A stretch of DNA of 64,000 nucleotides from NCBI GenBank assembly GCA_964604645.1, contig CAZRZP010000002.1:13739-77738 (forward strand). The letters run 5' to 3'. A program made the translations under genes and the position numbers. Below, piece after piece: positions 38,256-48,462 of the stretch (positions are counted from its first letter, which is position 1; each line of letters opens with the position of its first letter). The notes under the pieces are model-generated. The model saw nothing but the letters and a program-made list of their open reading frames with translations, did not search any database and was not told where the DNA came from. Source of the stretch: an uncultured Methanosarcinales archaeon. GTDB taxonomy: Archaea; Nanobdellota; Nanobdellia; Woesearchaeales; GW2011-AR9.

Positions 38256-38465
38256 CTACTTAACTGCCAATGAAATATCTTTCTCAGTTACAGTTTTTCT
38301 TCCTGCATGCATGGCAAATTTCCATGCTTCACTAGCCAATTCTAAAGCTTTGTTCTCAAGAGCACCTGCAAGAGCAGCTTTAGCTTCATTACTTACTCTG
38401 GCTGCCCCAACCTCTCTGATGATTTTGTCCATAGCATTATGGGACAAGAATCTCTTTTTGGCCAT
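38256..38465 (-). CDS. Archaeal histone (HMf-type histone fold)
   Basis: MAKKRFLSHNAMDKIIRE...RKTVTEKDISLAVK, 69 aa histone fold; the 147-aa ORF in the track is an N-terminal over-extension. Confidence 0.8.
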   Translation of the reverse strand: MAKKRFLSHNAMDKIIREVGAARVSNEAKAALAGALENKALELASEAWKFAMHAGRKTVTEKDISLAVK

Positions 38466-38535
38466 AAGAAAGCCAAATATGGGTTGTTTTTTAAATCTAT
38501 CGGGATTTTGAGTATTTGTAGAATTTTTTGTCTTT

Positions 38536-39189
38536 TTATCTAAAGAAAGAAAATTTCTTTTTTCTAGCAAGTTTATGTGTTTCCTGTTCAACTTCCTTTT
38601 GATTTGGAAATAATCTTTCTGCTTCCTTAAATTCTCTAGAATGGTAAGTAGAACGACCGTTTTTACAGGTAAATTGGAAATGTTTGTGAAGTAATTCATG
38701 GTACATTAAATAATCTAAAACTTGCTGAGAGGCATTTTTATATACATTTGAAACAGTTACCATGTCGCTTTGATAATTATATGAAGCTAATTTTCTTCTT
38801 GCTTCCTTACCCCATTGTAAATTAGGTTGTTGCATTCCTCCTCCAAAAAACTGTTCATTCACGCGATTGAATGACTTTTCTAATATAAAATCGGTTTTAG
38901 TTTTTGGAGTCATTGAAGGAATTTGTTTCAAAAAATTATGATAGAGTTCTATGTTTGGCGTATTTCTTTTTGATTTGAATATTTTTGTCAGAAGATGTTG
39001 CATTAACCCAATTTTTATTTCGTCATCAATATTTTTCCACTGTAAATTTAGATTGATTTTTATTTCATCTGAAGAACGGGTAATGTTAGCATTAAATGGA
39101 GAAAGACGACGATTATATTCTATTTTGGTTTTATAATTGAATTGTTTATCTGGGAAAAGTCGTTGATAAGATTCTTGTATTAGGTTCAT
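38536..39189 (-). CDS. DUF45/YgjP-like (SprT-like) zinc metallohydrolase
   Basis: HELLHKHF ... YHSREFKE resembles the COG1451 HExxH ... NHS motif. Confidence 0.5.
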   Translation of the reverse strand: MNLIQESYQRLFPDKQFNYKTKIEYNRRLSPFNANITRSSDEIKINLNLQWKNIDDEIKIGLMQHLLTKIFKSKRNTPNIELYHNFLKQIPSMTPKTKTDFILEKSFNRVNEQFFGGGMQQPNLQWGKEARRKLASYNYQSDMVTVSNVYKNASQQVLDYLMYHELLHKHFQFTCKNGRSTYHSREFKEAERLFPNQKEVEQETHKLARKKKFSFFR

Positions 39190-40643
39190 TTTACCCTAAT
39201 AACGCCATGATTTGCATCAAGTTCTACAATATCTCCATCTTTTAAAACTTCTGTTGCAATTCTTGTACCGACAATACATGGAATTCCCATTTCTCTTGCA
39301 ATAATAGCTGCATGACATGTTAGACCACCTTCTTCTGTTATAAACCCAACAGCCTTTTCCATTGCCATTATGTAATCAGGTCGAGTCATTACTGCAACTA
39401 AAATATCGCCTTTCTTTACTTTTGAAATTTCTTCAACACTTTTCACTATTTTTACAGGGCCAGTTGCTTTTCCAAGAGAAACACTCATACCTCTAATTTC
39501 TTTATCGATGTGCTCGCTTTCTTTGTTCATAATTGATTTTATAACTGTTTGATTTGTAATAATATCAAATTGATCTTTTTCCCATGCAAGAAAACAACCA
39601 TTATATCTTTCATGCAATATTTTTTGATCAATGTTTTCTGTGAAGATTTCTTTCATCTCAGGTGGCATTACATACTTTAGATCATTTAATGAATATTTTG
39701 TTCTTCGTGCAACTTCTTCTAAAAGTAAACTGAAATAATGAGTTGCCCAGAATGTTCCTTTCTTTCGTTCATCTTGCCAATAACTAAATCTATCTGTGAT
39801 TCTAAGCAACGTGATTATATCATTGGGTAAATTTAATTTTTTGATTAATTCATCCTTTTTCAATGTGTTTTTTGCAGTTAATTCTTGTAACTTTGTTAAT
39901 TTTTTATTAATATCAATATTTTGAAACTGCTTTAATTTTGAAGTAAAAAAATCTAAACTTAATACTTTATCTTTAACATAATTATTATGAATCCAAAAAT
40001 ACTTTTGCTGATGATTATTTAGTGCATCTTCACTATTTTGAACTAATTTTAAAAAATCTACTTCCTCTTGCTGTAAGAATGATAGAAACGTTGGTGCTGT
40101 AAGAGTTTCAAAATGTGGAACAAATTTATCCAATTCTCCTTTATTTTCTAAGAATAATTCTATTTCCTGAGATAATACTGTGTCTGTCGTTAAAGCGAAA
40201 CCATCAATCAACGGAGAAGGATTTAATTTTTTGAGGTATACCTTTGCTAATTCTTGGTATAAGTTAATTAATTCTTCATTGCTCAACCCATTCAGTTTAA
40301 TTGTATCTATTTCTTTACATTTTGCATAAAATTGTTCTTCAAATGGTTTGAATTCATTGATCATCTCATCAGCAATTTTTTGGTTAGTTTTTGCAAGAGA
40401 TTGAATCTCTTTTGAAGTAAACTCCAATTCAGAGAATGAATGTAACCAATCGGCTTTGTTTTCTGAGAAATATGCGCATGTAAACCGTTGTCCTATTGGA
40501 TACTTACTATAAAAAATATCAGATGCGTGTGCATCTCCTAAAAAGAACATAAAATGTGGACACGCATCAAATCGCTGTCTATAATAAGTGGATTCTTTTA
40601 ATTTTTTCAGTTCGCTTTTGATTAGCTGTTTGTTCCACTTCAT
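39186..40643 (-). CDS. Protein with C-terminal PEP-utilising-enzyme mobile (phosphohistidine swivel) domain and uncharacterised N-terminal 370 aa
   Basis: GGLTCHAAIIAREMGIPCIVG near-identical to the ppsA swivel; no ATP-grasp or TIM-barrel domains; ATGA overlap with the downstream DUF45 gene. Confidence 0.55.
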   Translation of the reverse strand: MKWNKQLIKSELKKLKESTYYRQRFDACPHFMFFLGDAHASDIFYSKYPIGQRFTCAYFSENKADWLHSFSELEFTSKEIQSLAKTNQKIADEMINEFKPFEEQFYAKCKEIDTIKLNGLSNEELINLYQELAKVYLKKLNPSPLIDGFALTTDTVLSQEIELFLENKGELDKFVPHFETLTAPTFLSFLQQEEVDFLKLVQNSEDALNNHQQKYFWIHNNYVKDKVLSLDFFTSKLKQFQNIDINKKLTKLQELTAKNTLKKDELIKKLNLPNDIITLLRITDRFSYWQDERKKGTFWATHYFSLLLEEVARRTKYSLNDLKYVMPPEMKEIFTENIDQKILHERYNGCFLAWEKDQFDIITNQTVIKSIMNKESEHIDKEIRGMSVSLGKATGPVKIVKSVEEISKVKKGDILVAVMTRPDYIMAMEKAVGFITEEGGLTCHAAIIAREMGIPCIVGTRIATEVLKDGDIVELDANHGVIRVK

Positions 40644-40704
40644 ATTTGTTTAAACAATTCGGTCTTTTTATTTCTTATCTATTATTATTTAGAATTCCAT
40701 GCAC

Positions 40705-41805
40705 CTAACTAACTTCAAATCTTAATATAGCAGCTATTCCGCCTAAATCTCTTAGTTGGACACCTTCCCTCGTTTCTATGGAAATAATATGGACTTTAGT
40801 ACCGCCTTCTTGAGCTTTCTCTTCCAATTCAAAAATTAAATCTTCAGAAATACTTTCAGATAATAATAATTCACCAACTGCATTCATGTCTAATGCTTTT
40901 CTTGTTTCCTTTTCACCATACGTAACTTTCTTTTGGTTATCTAACATCTGTTTAAAGAAACGTTCCATAATCTTCTTTTCTTGTGCAATCTCTTCTTCTG
41001 CTAACAAATCTTGTGATTTATCTAATAATTCCTGTAAACCAAAATCTCCTCCGTATGAAAGATCTTTTGTTCCAATAATCTTCTTTTTTAAATCACCAGT
41101 AATGTAATCTTTATTCAGGAAACTTCCTACTGTCGTTCCTGGTCCTCCAACGATAATTCCTTTTAGATTATTTCCTAATGGTAAGAATTGTTCTTTCATA
41201 TATTCTGCAATTTTCTTAAAATGATCTTTGTAAGCTCCCTCTCTAATCCTGGCAAATCTCTGAGCACTCTGACCTCCTGCTTTGAATTTTCCTGGTACTT
41301 CAGAATGTGTTTTCTTTAATGGAACGATTGTTTTCCCCTTTAATAAAGCTAATATTGCATCCCTTCTGTCTAAAACCACTAAACCATAAACTTGATGTTC
41401 AACTAATAATTCTTCCAATAAATCTAGAACGAATGCTTTATCACATCTGTAAATTCTAGTTTTTAGCGGAACTGGTGGTTCTAAACTCCAAACGCGCATG
41501 TCTTGCTTTCCTTCACCTGCAGCTACGTTTCCGCAAAAGACGGCTAATCCATTGGGTGGAGTTCTTCCAACTGTACGTAGATGCTGGATCATCTTTTCAA
41601 GCGCAGATTGAACGTTCTTTCTTGTGGAAGCTGATTTAATGTTAGATGCGGTTCCTTGCTCTTCTTGCAAGTGCTGAATTATTTTTATAAGATCATAATT
41701 TTGTGGAACATAAACTGTTACAAACTCAGTGTGCGGTGCTTTATATGACCGCAGTTCTTTCAACAGTTTCTTTAATTTTAACTTCTCTTGTGCTGTTAGA
41801 GCCAT
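40705..41805 (-). CDS. prf1: Peptide chain release factor aRF1
   Basis: NIKS motif (NIKSASTRKNV) and GGQ motif (KAGGQSAQRF). Confidence 0.85.
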   Translation of the reverse strand: MALTAQEKLKLKKLLKELRSYKAPHTEFVTVYVPQNYDLIKIIQHLQEEQGTASNIKSASTRKNVQSALEKMIQHLRTVGRTPPNGLAVFCGNVAAGEGKQDMRVWSLEPPVPLKTRIYRCDKAFVLDLLEELLVEHQVYGLVVLDRRDAILALLKGKTIVPLKKTHSEVPGKFKAGGQSAQRFARIREGAYKDHFKKIAEYMKEQFLPLGNNLKGIIVGGPGTTVGSFLNKDYITGDLKKKIIGTKDLSYGGDFGLQELLDKSQDLLAEEEIAQEKKIMERFFKQMLDNQKKVTYGEKETRKALDMNAVGELLLSESISEDLIFELEEKAQEGGTKVHIISIETREGVQLRDLGGIAAILRFEVS

Positions 41806-41857
41806 TTTAGATTAAAACAAGCAGCGTTTTATATAAGTTTAATTGATGTATTTGCTA

Positions 41858-42334
41858 TTAAAGATTTTTCTCAAGCTGGGACATTATTTCTTTCTTTGGA
41901 ATTCCTTTAGATGTGTCAAAAGTGACAAGTTTATGCTTTCTTTCATTAGTTTCTACTAAACAAACTTGAAAAATTTCTGCATCTAAATTTTCACGAATCT
42001 TTTTCTTTGAATATTTCTTTTTTTTCAATCGTTTCTCTAACTCTTTTAAATCAGAGCAAGTAAGAACGATACACAAGTCTGCCATCTTTGGAGGGAGTAA
42101 ATGAGAAATATGTGAATCAATAATTATTTTATTTCCTTTTTTAGCAATAAACTCTTTTATTTTATCTTCAAATTTTTCTAAATCCACTACAAAACATTTT
42201 TTTTCTTCATCATAATTAACACTAATTTCTTCATAAAAGTAAGATATATCTACTCTCTTCCAGCTAAGTTCTTTAGCTAACCATTTTGCCAATGTAGTTT
42301 TTCCAACTCCAGGTGTACCGGTAATTATTATCAT
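41858..42334 (-). CDS. P-loop kinase, adenylate kinase isoenzyme 6 / Fap7-like
   Basis: MIIITGTPGVGKTTLAKWL Walker A; 158 aa. Confidence 0.55.
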   Translation of the reverse strand: MIIITGTPGVGKTTLAKWLAKELSWKRVDISYFYEEISVNYDEEKKCFVVDLEKFEDKIKEFIAKKGNKIIIDSHISHLLPPKMADLCIVLTCSDLKELEKRLKKKKYSKKKIRENLDAEIFQVCLVETNERKHKLVTFDTSKGIPKKEIMSQLEKNL

Positions 42335-42405
42335 TTTGTTGAAAAAAGCTTGAAGAATTAAAAATCTATCTTAATTATCTTTAAAAAATCGTTCAATCCA
42401 ATATT

Positions 42406-44115
42406 CTATTTAGAAGGTCGTTGTGCTTTACGAGTTCTTCTACCTTTTAAGAACCGCTTCATCAAATGTTGATGTAGTGTCGATTCAATAATAAGGATTA
42501 TCAAGAAAAGAACAAGAGCAACTGCAACTAACATAACTAACTCAAACCAAACTTCTTGTAATGGGGATGAAAATAAAAATATGTTTCTAACAATATTCTC
42601 TGTAACAACAAAAGGATTTAACGAAGTAAATTGTCTTAATAATGGTGAGATGCCTTCTAATGGTAATAAAATTCCAGAAAGGAATAACAAAATGCTACCT
42701 AATGATATACTTGCTAAAACGGCAGTTTCTTCCGAAGAGAAAAGGTAACCGATAACCATTCCTAAGAATGAGAAAATTGAAGCAGAAACAAATAGGACAA
42801 GGAAAACTGAAGGTAATAGGGAAATAACGTCCTTAAGGAAGAATAATGAGATTAACAGGATGACTAACAATTGAAGAATCGTTAATATTACGCTGGTTAA
42901 ATAAGTTGAAATGATGAAAGTACTTTTGCTGATTGGCAGAAAGAAGTTTCGAATGAAAGCTGGACTATTTTTTTCCATCATTACTAAAGTTGTTCCTAAT
43001 AATAGAGAACTGAACATTACAACTAATACTAAAATCGCTGGGAATAGGTAATTAAGGTAAGTGCCTTCTTCTTTTACTGGTTTTACTACGGTAGTAAGTG
43101 GTGCAGCAATCGTTCCCGCTTCAGTAACTGGTTGATCATTAAGTGAAGCAACTAAAGTGTCAAGTGCTCCAACAATTCCATTTAATGTTTCGGTACTTTC
43201 AGCTAAAGTTCCTTTTGCGGTTTCTAAAGTTGCACCTGCATCACTTATTGAAATAGCAGCAGCAGATAACTTTCCTCTTACTTCATCTAAATCTTTTTTA
43301 AGAACTGCAACAAAAGAATCAACACTTCCGTTATCTAAAGCGTCACGAACATCAATTACAGCATTTTTAGCTTTGATTAATTTTTCATTAAGTTCTGTTT
43401 TAGATGTACCATTAAGATCTGAAGAGTTTACGAAACTCAAAGATGAAGAAATTCTTAATCTCGCTTTATCTAAATCGTTTTTTAAAGAAGAGAGTATCGT
43501 TGAATTATAATCGGTTTCTGGAAGTTTAGTATCAATGGATGTAATTTTCTTTCTAGCTGCTTCAGCGGATGCAGAAGCTGAAGCTGAACGATCTTTTACT
43601 CCGGATATTTTACCTTTCTCATCTCCAACTACTGTCTGAGCGCTTGATAATTTAGTTAAAATATTTTCAGTTAGAGATTGAGATATTTCTTGAGCTTTCA
43701 ATGAGAATTTACTTTGTAAATTTTGTTGAATCATATGTACCAGCTGGATTCTACTCGGATCAACGTGAAAAATAATCTCTCTTTTGGCGTTATCAGATAC
43801 CTTTAGCGTTGCTGGTAATTCTAAACAAGTATGTATTGCTCCAGATTTAATATCATCAATACATTCTTTACTGTCTCCAGGATATTTTTTAATAATAAAC
43901 TCTTTCTCTTCTAAAAAAGTTGAGAATTCATTAAGTTCTTCTGTAAATTCTGCTGCAGTTAATCCGATTGTAAGACCATACTTTGATGTAGTGTTATATG
44001 ACAAACCTAAAATTAATATGATTAATAGTGGAGCAAAAATTACAATTAAAGCAGAACCTTTCGATCTTAAAAGAAGTTTAATGTTTTTCTGAGTAATGAG
44101 CCATAATGATTGCAT
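42406..44115 (-). CDS. ABC-2 type transporter permease with large coiled-coil extracytoplasmic domain
   Basis: N-terminal TM, ~300-aa Ser/Ala-rich extracellular region, then 5 C-terminal TM helices; adjacent to the ABC ATPase. Confidence 0.65.
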   Translation of the reverse strand: MQSLWLITQKNIKLLLRSKGSALIVIFAPLLIILILGLSYNTTSKYGLTIGLTAAEFTEELNEFSTFLEEKEFIIKKYPGDSKECIDDIKSGAIHTCLELPATLKVSDNAKREIIFHVDPSRIQLVHMIQQNLQSKFSLKAQEISQSLTENILTKLSSAQTVVGDEKGKISGVKDRSASASASAEAARKKITSIDTKLPETDYNSTILSSLKNDLDKARLRISSSLSFVNSSDLNGTSKTELNEKLIKAKNAVIDVRDALDNGSVDSFVAVLKKDLDEVRGKLSAAAISISDAGATLETAKGTLAESTETLNGIVGALDTLVASLNDQPVTEAGTIAAPLTTVVKPVKEEGTYLNYLFPAILVLVVMFSSLLLGTTLVMMEKNSPAFIRNFFLPISKSTFIISTYLTSVILTILQLLVILLISLFFLKDVISLLPSVFLVLFVSASIFSFLGMVIGYLFSSEETAVLASISLGSILLFLSGILLPLEGISPLLRQFTSLNPFVVTENIVRNIFLFSSPLQEVWFELVMLVAVALVLFLIILIIESTLHQHLMKRFLKGRRTRKAQRPSK

Positions 44116-44157
44116 TCTGGATAGGTACCTCTTTTTTGTTATTTTTGTCTTCTACTA

Positions 44158-45096
44158 TTATCGTGCGATTCTTAGGAAAACTTCTCCTAAAGTTGGTTTG
44201 CGTAAATCTAAATCATGTAAATCTAGGTTTTCTTCTTTACTAACTGAAATTAAATATTTTACTGTTTCTTCAACATTGTCAGGATATATCTCTAACTTAT
44301 TATCTAAATCAACTATTTTGTTTACAGGCAACTGCTGAAGTTGACTTAACATTCTATCTTTAGCGTAGCCAGTTTGTACATTAATTGTTAAATGATCTTT
44401 GGTATATGGTTTCTTGAATTCATCAAGAGATCCATATGCATGAAGTTTACCTTTATGGATCATTGCTATTTTTGAACTGACTGATTCAACACCCTCCAAA
44501 TGATGGGAGGCGAAAATAACTGTAACGCCTTGTTGGTTAACTCCTTTCATTAATTGTAGGATTTCTTGCTGTAAAATTGGATCTAAATCAGAAGTTGGCT
44601 CGTCTAAGATAAGAATCTTAGGTTTATGGACTAAACTGCAACTGATGTCAAGTCTTTTTTGCATCCCTCCTGAGAGATGTTCAGCTAAAACATTACGATG
44701 ATCAATCAAATGAGTAAAATTAAGTAAATTTCTTATGTTGCCAACAAGAGTTTCGTGTTTCAAATTATATAACTTACCAAAATGAAATAAGTTTTCCTGG
44801 ACACTTAACTTAGGATAAAAAGAATTATGTTGCGGTGTATATCCGATATGTCTCTTAATTTTAGAAAGGTTTTTGTGAAGATTTTTTTCGCTATTGGTTA
44901 CTTTGGAAACGTATACTACTTCTCCGTCTGTTGGGTGAACAAAACCAGCAATAATATTTAATAATGTTGTCTTCCCGCCACCTGACAAGCCAATTATGCC
45001 TAAAATGTCTCCTTCATTTATTGAAAGGTTAATATCTTGTATTACTTGATTCTTACGAAAAGATTTTGACACTCCTTTTAGTTTTATTAGTTCCAT
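44158..45096 (-). CDS. ABC transporter ATP-binding protein
   Basis: Walker A GLSGGGKTT; signature LSGGMQKRL; Walker B ILILDEPTS. Confidence 0.85.
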   Translation of the reverse strand: MELIKLKGVSKSFRKNQVIQDINLSINEGDILGIIGLSGGGKTTLLNIIAGFVHPTDGEVVYVSKVTNSEKNLHKNLSKIKRHIGYTPQHNSFYPKLSVQENLFHFGKLYNLKHETLVGNIRNLLNFTHLIDHRNVLAEHLSGGMQKRLDISCSLVHKPKILILDEPTSDLDPILQQEILQLMKGVNQQGVTVIFASHHLEGVESVSSKIAMIHKGKLHAYGSLDEFKKPYTKDHLTINVQTGYAKDRMLSQLQQLPVNKIVDLDNKLEIYPDNVEETVKYLISVSKEENLDLHDLDLRKPTLGEVFLRIAR

Positions 45097-45227
45097 CTAT
45101 CAAGAGAGTATAATGATTATTTGTTTATAAATGTTTGCGATTGACTTTATGTTTAAGGACCTTCAATTTTCTTTTATGTTTCACCGAATCCCACAATCTT
45201 TTTAAAGGGGTTAGGGTAATTGAACTT

Positions 45228-46109
45228 ATGCGGATAAAACAAGTGTATGAACAGCATTATAAGAAACTCCTTATTATTCCGTTTGTTTTACTTGCTTTGG
45301 CGATAATTCAAATTGGTGTTCAAACTGCTATCACTGGCGATTTTGTGAACAAAGGTGTAAGTTTGCGTGGTGGTTCAACTATTACGATTGAGCAACTTCC
45401 GAGTTTAAGTGAGGATAAAATTAATTCTTTTCTTTCATCAAAATTTCCAAAAGCTGATTTTTCAGTGAGAACTTTACAGTCAGGGGGTAGGGTTGCTGCT
45501 TATGCTATTGATTCTGATGCTCAAGAACCTGAAGAAATTGATGCTCTTGTTTCTGCTGTTGCAAAACAATTTTCGTTAAGTAAAAATCAATATAATGTTG
45601 AAGTAATGGGTTCTTCATTGGGAGAAAGTTTTTTCCGTCAAACAATTATGTCTTTATTGGTGGCTTTTTTTTTAATGGGAATAGTTGTTTTCATTTACTT
45701 TAGAAGTCCTGCACCAAGTTTAGCTGTTATTCTGGCAGCGGCTTCAGATATTGTAGTTACTTTAGCGATTTTTAATCTTACTGGGATAAAATTAGGTACA
45801 GCAGGCATAGCAGCTTTTTTAATGCTAATTGGATATAGTGTAGATACGGACATTCTTCTTAGCACTAGGGTTTTGAAACGAAAGGAAGGTAGCGTGATGG
45901 ACCGTGTTTACAGTGCTATGAAAACTGGGTTAACGATGAGTGCAACCACTCTTTCTGCTGTTTTAATTGCTTTAATTTTTGTACAAAGTGAAATCGTTAA
46001 ACAAATTATGATTATTTTATTCATTGGTTTGCTTGTAGATTTAGTAATGACTTGGATTCAGAACGTTGGAATCTTACGATTATATTTAGAGAAAAAACAT
46101 AGACGATAG
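45228..46109 (+). CDS. secF: Protein-export membrane protein SecF
   Basis: KGVSLRGGSTITIEQ periplasmic motif; 6 TM SSD-like C-terminus; start at internal Met MRIKQ. Confidence 0.65.
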   Translation: MRIKQVYEQHYKKLLIIPFVLLALAIIQIGVQTAITGDFVNKGVSLRGGSTITIEQLPSLSEDKINSFLSSKFPKADFSVRTLQSGGRVAAYAIDSDAQEPEEIDALVSAVAKQFSLSKNQYNVEVMGSSLGESFFRQTIMSLLVAFFLMGIVVFIYFRSPAPSLAVILAAASDIVVTLAIFNLTGIKLGTAGIAAFLMLIGYSVDTDILLSTRVLKRKEGSVMDRVYSAMKTGLTMSATTLSAVLIALIFVQSEIVKQIMIILFIGLLVDLVMTWIQNVGILRLYLEKKHRR

Positions 46110-46126
46110 GTTTAAGAGATAATAAC

Positions 46127-47707
46127 ATGCAACTTAAAAAAATATTTACGCATTGGAAGGTTATCATGTTGCTAGTTTTCTTACTATTTTCTTTAATAAC
46201 AATTAAACCACAAATTTTTGGTACGGAAGGGGTTACCATTAAAACAATTGGTGCTAACTCTTCAGCTGCCTTAGCTGGAATTGAAAACCCTTCATCTAAA
46301 TTACAGCCTTTGAGTAAGGAAAGAATTTTGTCAATAAATGGTAAGAAGGTTTCTTCCATAGCTGATTATTTTACAGCTCAATCGTCTTTAGTTGCTAATC
46401 AAACTGTTCGTGTAGAAACCAATAGGCGTATCTACACTTTACTTAGCAGGGTTCCGGAAAAGGAAGGAATTAATTTAGGTATTAAAGTTGGTGATGCTCC
46501 CGTAAGTAATCTCAGAAAAGGATTAGATTTAGAGGGTGGAACTAGGGTTCTCCTAGAACCGCGTGAAAAAATTTCAGATGACGATTTGGAAATTACTATT
46601 GATAATTTAAAAGAAAGGTTAAACGTTTATGGTTTAAGTGATGTAATTGTAAGGTCAGCTTCAGATTTGTCTGGTAAGGATTTTATTTTAATTGAGATAG
46701 CTGGAGTCACTGAAGAAGAAGTTAAAGATTTGTTATCTAAACAAGGAAAGTTTGAATCAAAAATAGGCAACGAAACTGTTTTCTATGGTGGGAAGAAAGA
46801 TATTACTTATGTTTGTAGAAGTGCTGATTGTTCAGGAATTAATCCGCAAGTTGGTTGTTCAAAATCTGGTAGCGGATATTATTGTGGTTTCTTCTTCTCA
46901 ATAACATTAAGTCCTGAAGCAGCTAAAAGGCAAGCAGCCATCACTAAAAATTTAGCTGTGGTTACTGAAGACTCTGAACGTTACCTTTCTGATGATTTGG
47001 CATTATTTTTAGATGATAAAGAAGTGGACAGATTACGTATAGGATCGGAGTTGAAAGGTAGAGCAACCACAAATATTCAAATCTCAGGATCTGGCACTGG
47101 TATTTCTGAACAAGAAGCTGTTTCTAATACTTTACAAAACATGAAACGACTACAAACAATTTTAATTACTGGTAGTTTACCTGTAAAATTAGATATTGTT
47201 AAAATAGATACAATCTCTCCTTCATTAGGTAAAGAATTTCTTCAAAATTTATTGTTTGTTGGTTTATTAGTGGTTGTAGCGGTAGTTACGGTTGTATTGA
47301 TTCGTTATAGAAAATTAGTTGTTGTATTACCAATGGTATTTACGCTTCTTTCAGAGATGGTTTTAATTTTAGGATTTGCGGCTTTTGTTGGATGGAATTT
47401 AGATTTGGCGGCAATTGCCGGTGTTATTATAGTAGCAGGTACGGGAATTGATCATTTAATTATAATTACTGATGAAACGATAAGGGGAGAAACACATGGT
47501 GGTTGGAAGCGGCGTATTAAGAATGCAATGTTTATCGTATTTGGTGCTTATTTTACAACTTTTGCTGGTATGTTACCATTACTTTGGGCAGGAGCAGGTT
47601 TACTGAAAGGATTTGCTCTAACTACATTAGCAGGTATTTCTTTTGGCGTGTTAATTGCTCGACCAGCTTATGCCGTCATGGTAGAATATTTATTACGTGA
47701 CGAATGA
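46127..47707 (+). CDS. secD: Protein-export membrane protein SecD
   Basis: LDLEGGTRVLLEP motif; large periplasmic domain; 6 TM C-terminus. Confidence 0.7.
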   Translation: MQLKKIFTHWKVIMLLVFLLFSLITIKPQIFGTEGVTIKTIGANSSAALAGIENPSSKLQPLSKERILSINGKKVSSIADYFTAQSSLVANQTVRVETNRRIYTLLSRVPEKEGINLGIKVGDAPVSNLRKGLDLEGGTRVLLEPREKISDDDLEITIDNLKERLNVYGLSDVIVRSASDLSGKDFILIEIAGVTEEEVKDLLSKQGKFESKIGNETVFYGGKKDITYVCRSADCSGINPQVGCSKSGSGYYCGFFFSITLSPEAAKRQAAITKNLAVVTEDSERYLSDDLALFLDDKEVDRLRIGSELKGRATTNIQISGSGTGISEQEAVSNTLQNMKRLQTILITGSLPVKLDIVKIDTISPSLGKEFLQNLLFVGLLVVVAVVTVVLIRYRKLVVVLPMVFTLLSEMVLILGFAAFVGWNLDLAAIAGVIIVAGTGIDHLIIITDETIRGETHGGWKRRIKNAMFIVFGAYFTTFAGMLPLLWAGAGLLKGFALTTLAGISFGVLIARPAYAVMVEYLLRDE

Positions 47708-48108
47708 TTTCAACCAATTCTAAATATCTTGGTTTTGGTTTAATGGTTTTTTGTACTTTCTTTACTTCAATTGGTCAGATATTATGGAAGTTTGGGGTGA
47801 ATTCATTTACTGGTTCCTTATTTTCAATAATTAATGTTCCTTTTGTTCTTGGTTGTGTGGCTTATGGTTTTGGATTAATTTTGTTACTTGCATCTTTAAA
47901 ATATGGTGAGTTAAGTGTGTTATATCCGGTAATCGCAACAAGCTATATCTGGGTAAGTTTACTTTCAAGTTATTTATTTCAAACAGATTCAATGAGCCTC
48001 TATAAATGGGTTGGTATTGGATTTATCTTAATTTCAATTGCTTTACTTGGATATAAATCAGAGAAGATGGGGGGTTTAAGTAAACTAAGCGGGGTGAAGA
48101 ATGGTTAG
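47704..48108 (+). CDS. Small 4-TM membrane protein (EamA/DMT half-transporter-like)
   Basis: 4 hydrophobic helices; ATGA overlap with secD. Confidence 0.45.
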   Translation: MISTNSKYLGFGLMVFCTFFTSIGQILWKFGVNSFTGSLFSIINVPFVLGCVAYGFGLILLLASLKYGELSVLYPVIATSYIWVSLLSSYLFQTDSMSLYKWVGIGFILISIALLGYKSEKMGGLSKLSGVKNG

Positions 48109-48436
48109 CATCCTTACTTTAGTTTTAGTAATCTCAAGCACTTTACTTGGAGCAGGTGGTGCTCTATTTTTCAAAAAAGGTGTTGGCTCAATTCGTAAGA
48201 TGTTTACTAGTGGTTATCTTTGGTATGGATTATTTTTGTATGGGCTAAGTGTAATTTTATACGTTGCCGCTTTACGTTTTGAAGAATTAACAGTCGTTTA
48301 TCCTTTGGTTTCATTAACTTATATCTGGACAATAATATTTGCTGCAAAATATTTGAATGAAAAAATAACTTCCACGAAAATAATCGCAGTTAGTGGGATT
48401 ATTGTTGGAGTGTTGTTTATTACGCTTGCTGGTTGA
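48101..48436 (+). CDS. Small 4-TM membrane protein (EamA/DMT half-transporter-like), paired with the previous gene
   Basis: 4 hydrophobic helices; overlaps the upstream gene. Confidence 0.45.
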   Translation: MVSILTLVLVISSTLLGAGGALFFKKGVGSIRKMFTSGYLWYGLFLYGLSVILYVAALRFEELTVVYPLVSLTYIWTIIFAAKYLNEKITSTKIIAVSGIIVGVLFITLAG

Positions 48437-48462
48437 GGTTTGTTATTGGTACGTTCTGAGAT

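Noticed and set aside
38256-38699. 147-aa version of the histone ORF; long forms of the Sec61beta, L39e, S3Ae, SecF, TRAM, PadR-like and 17178 ORFs
   Set aside because: Homology begins at internal Met codons; upstream extensions lack conservation and would overlap divergent or upstream genes.
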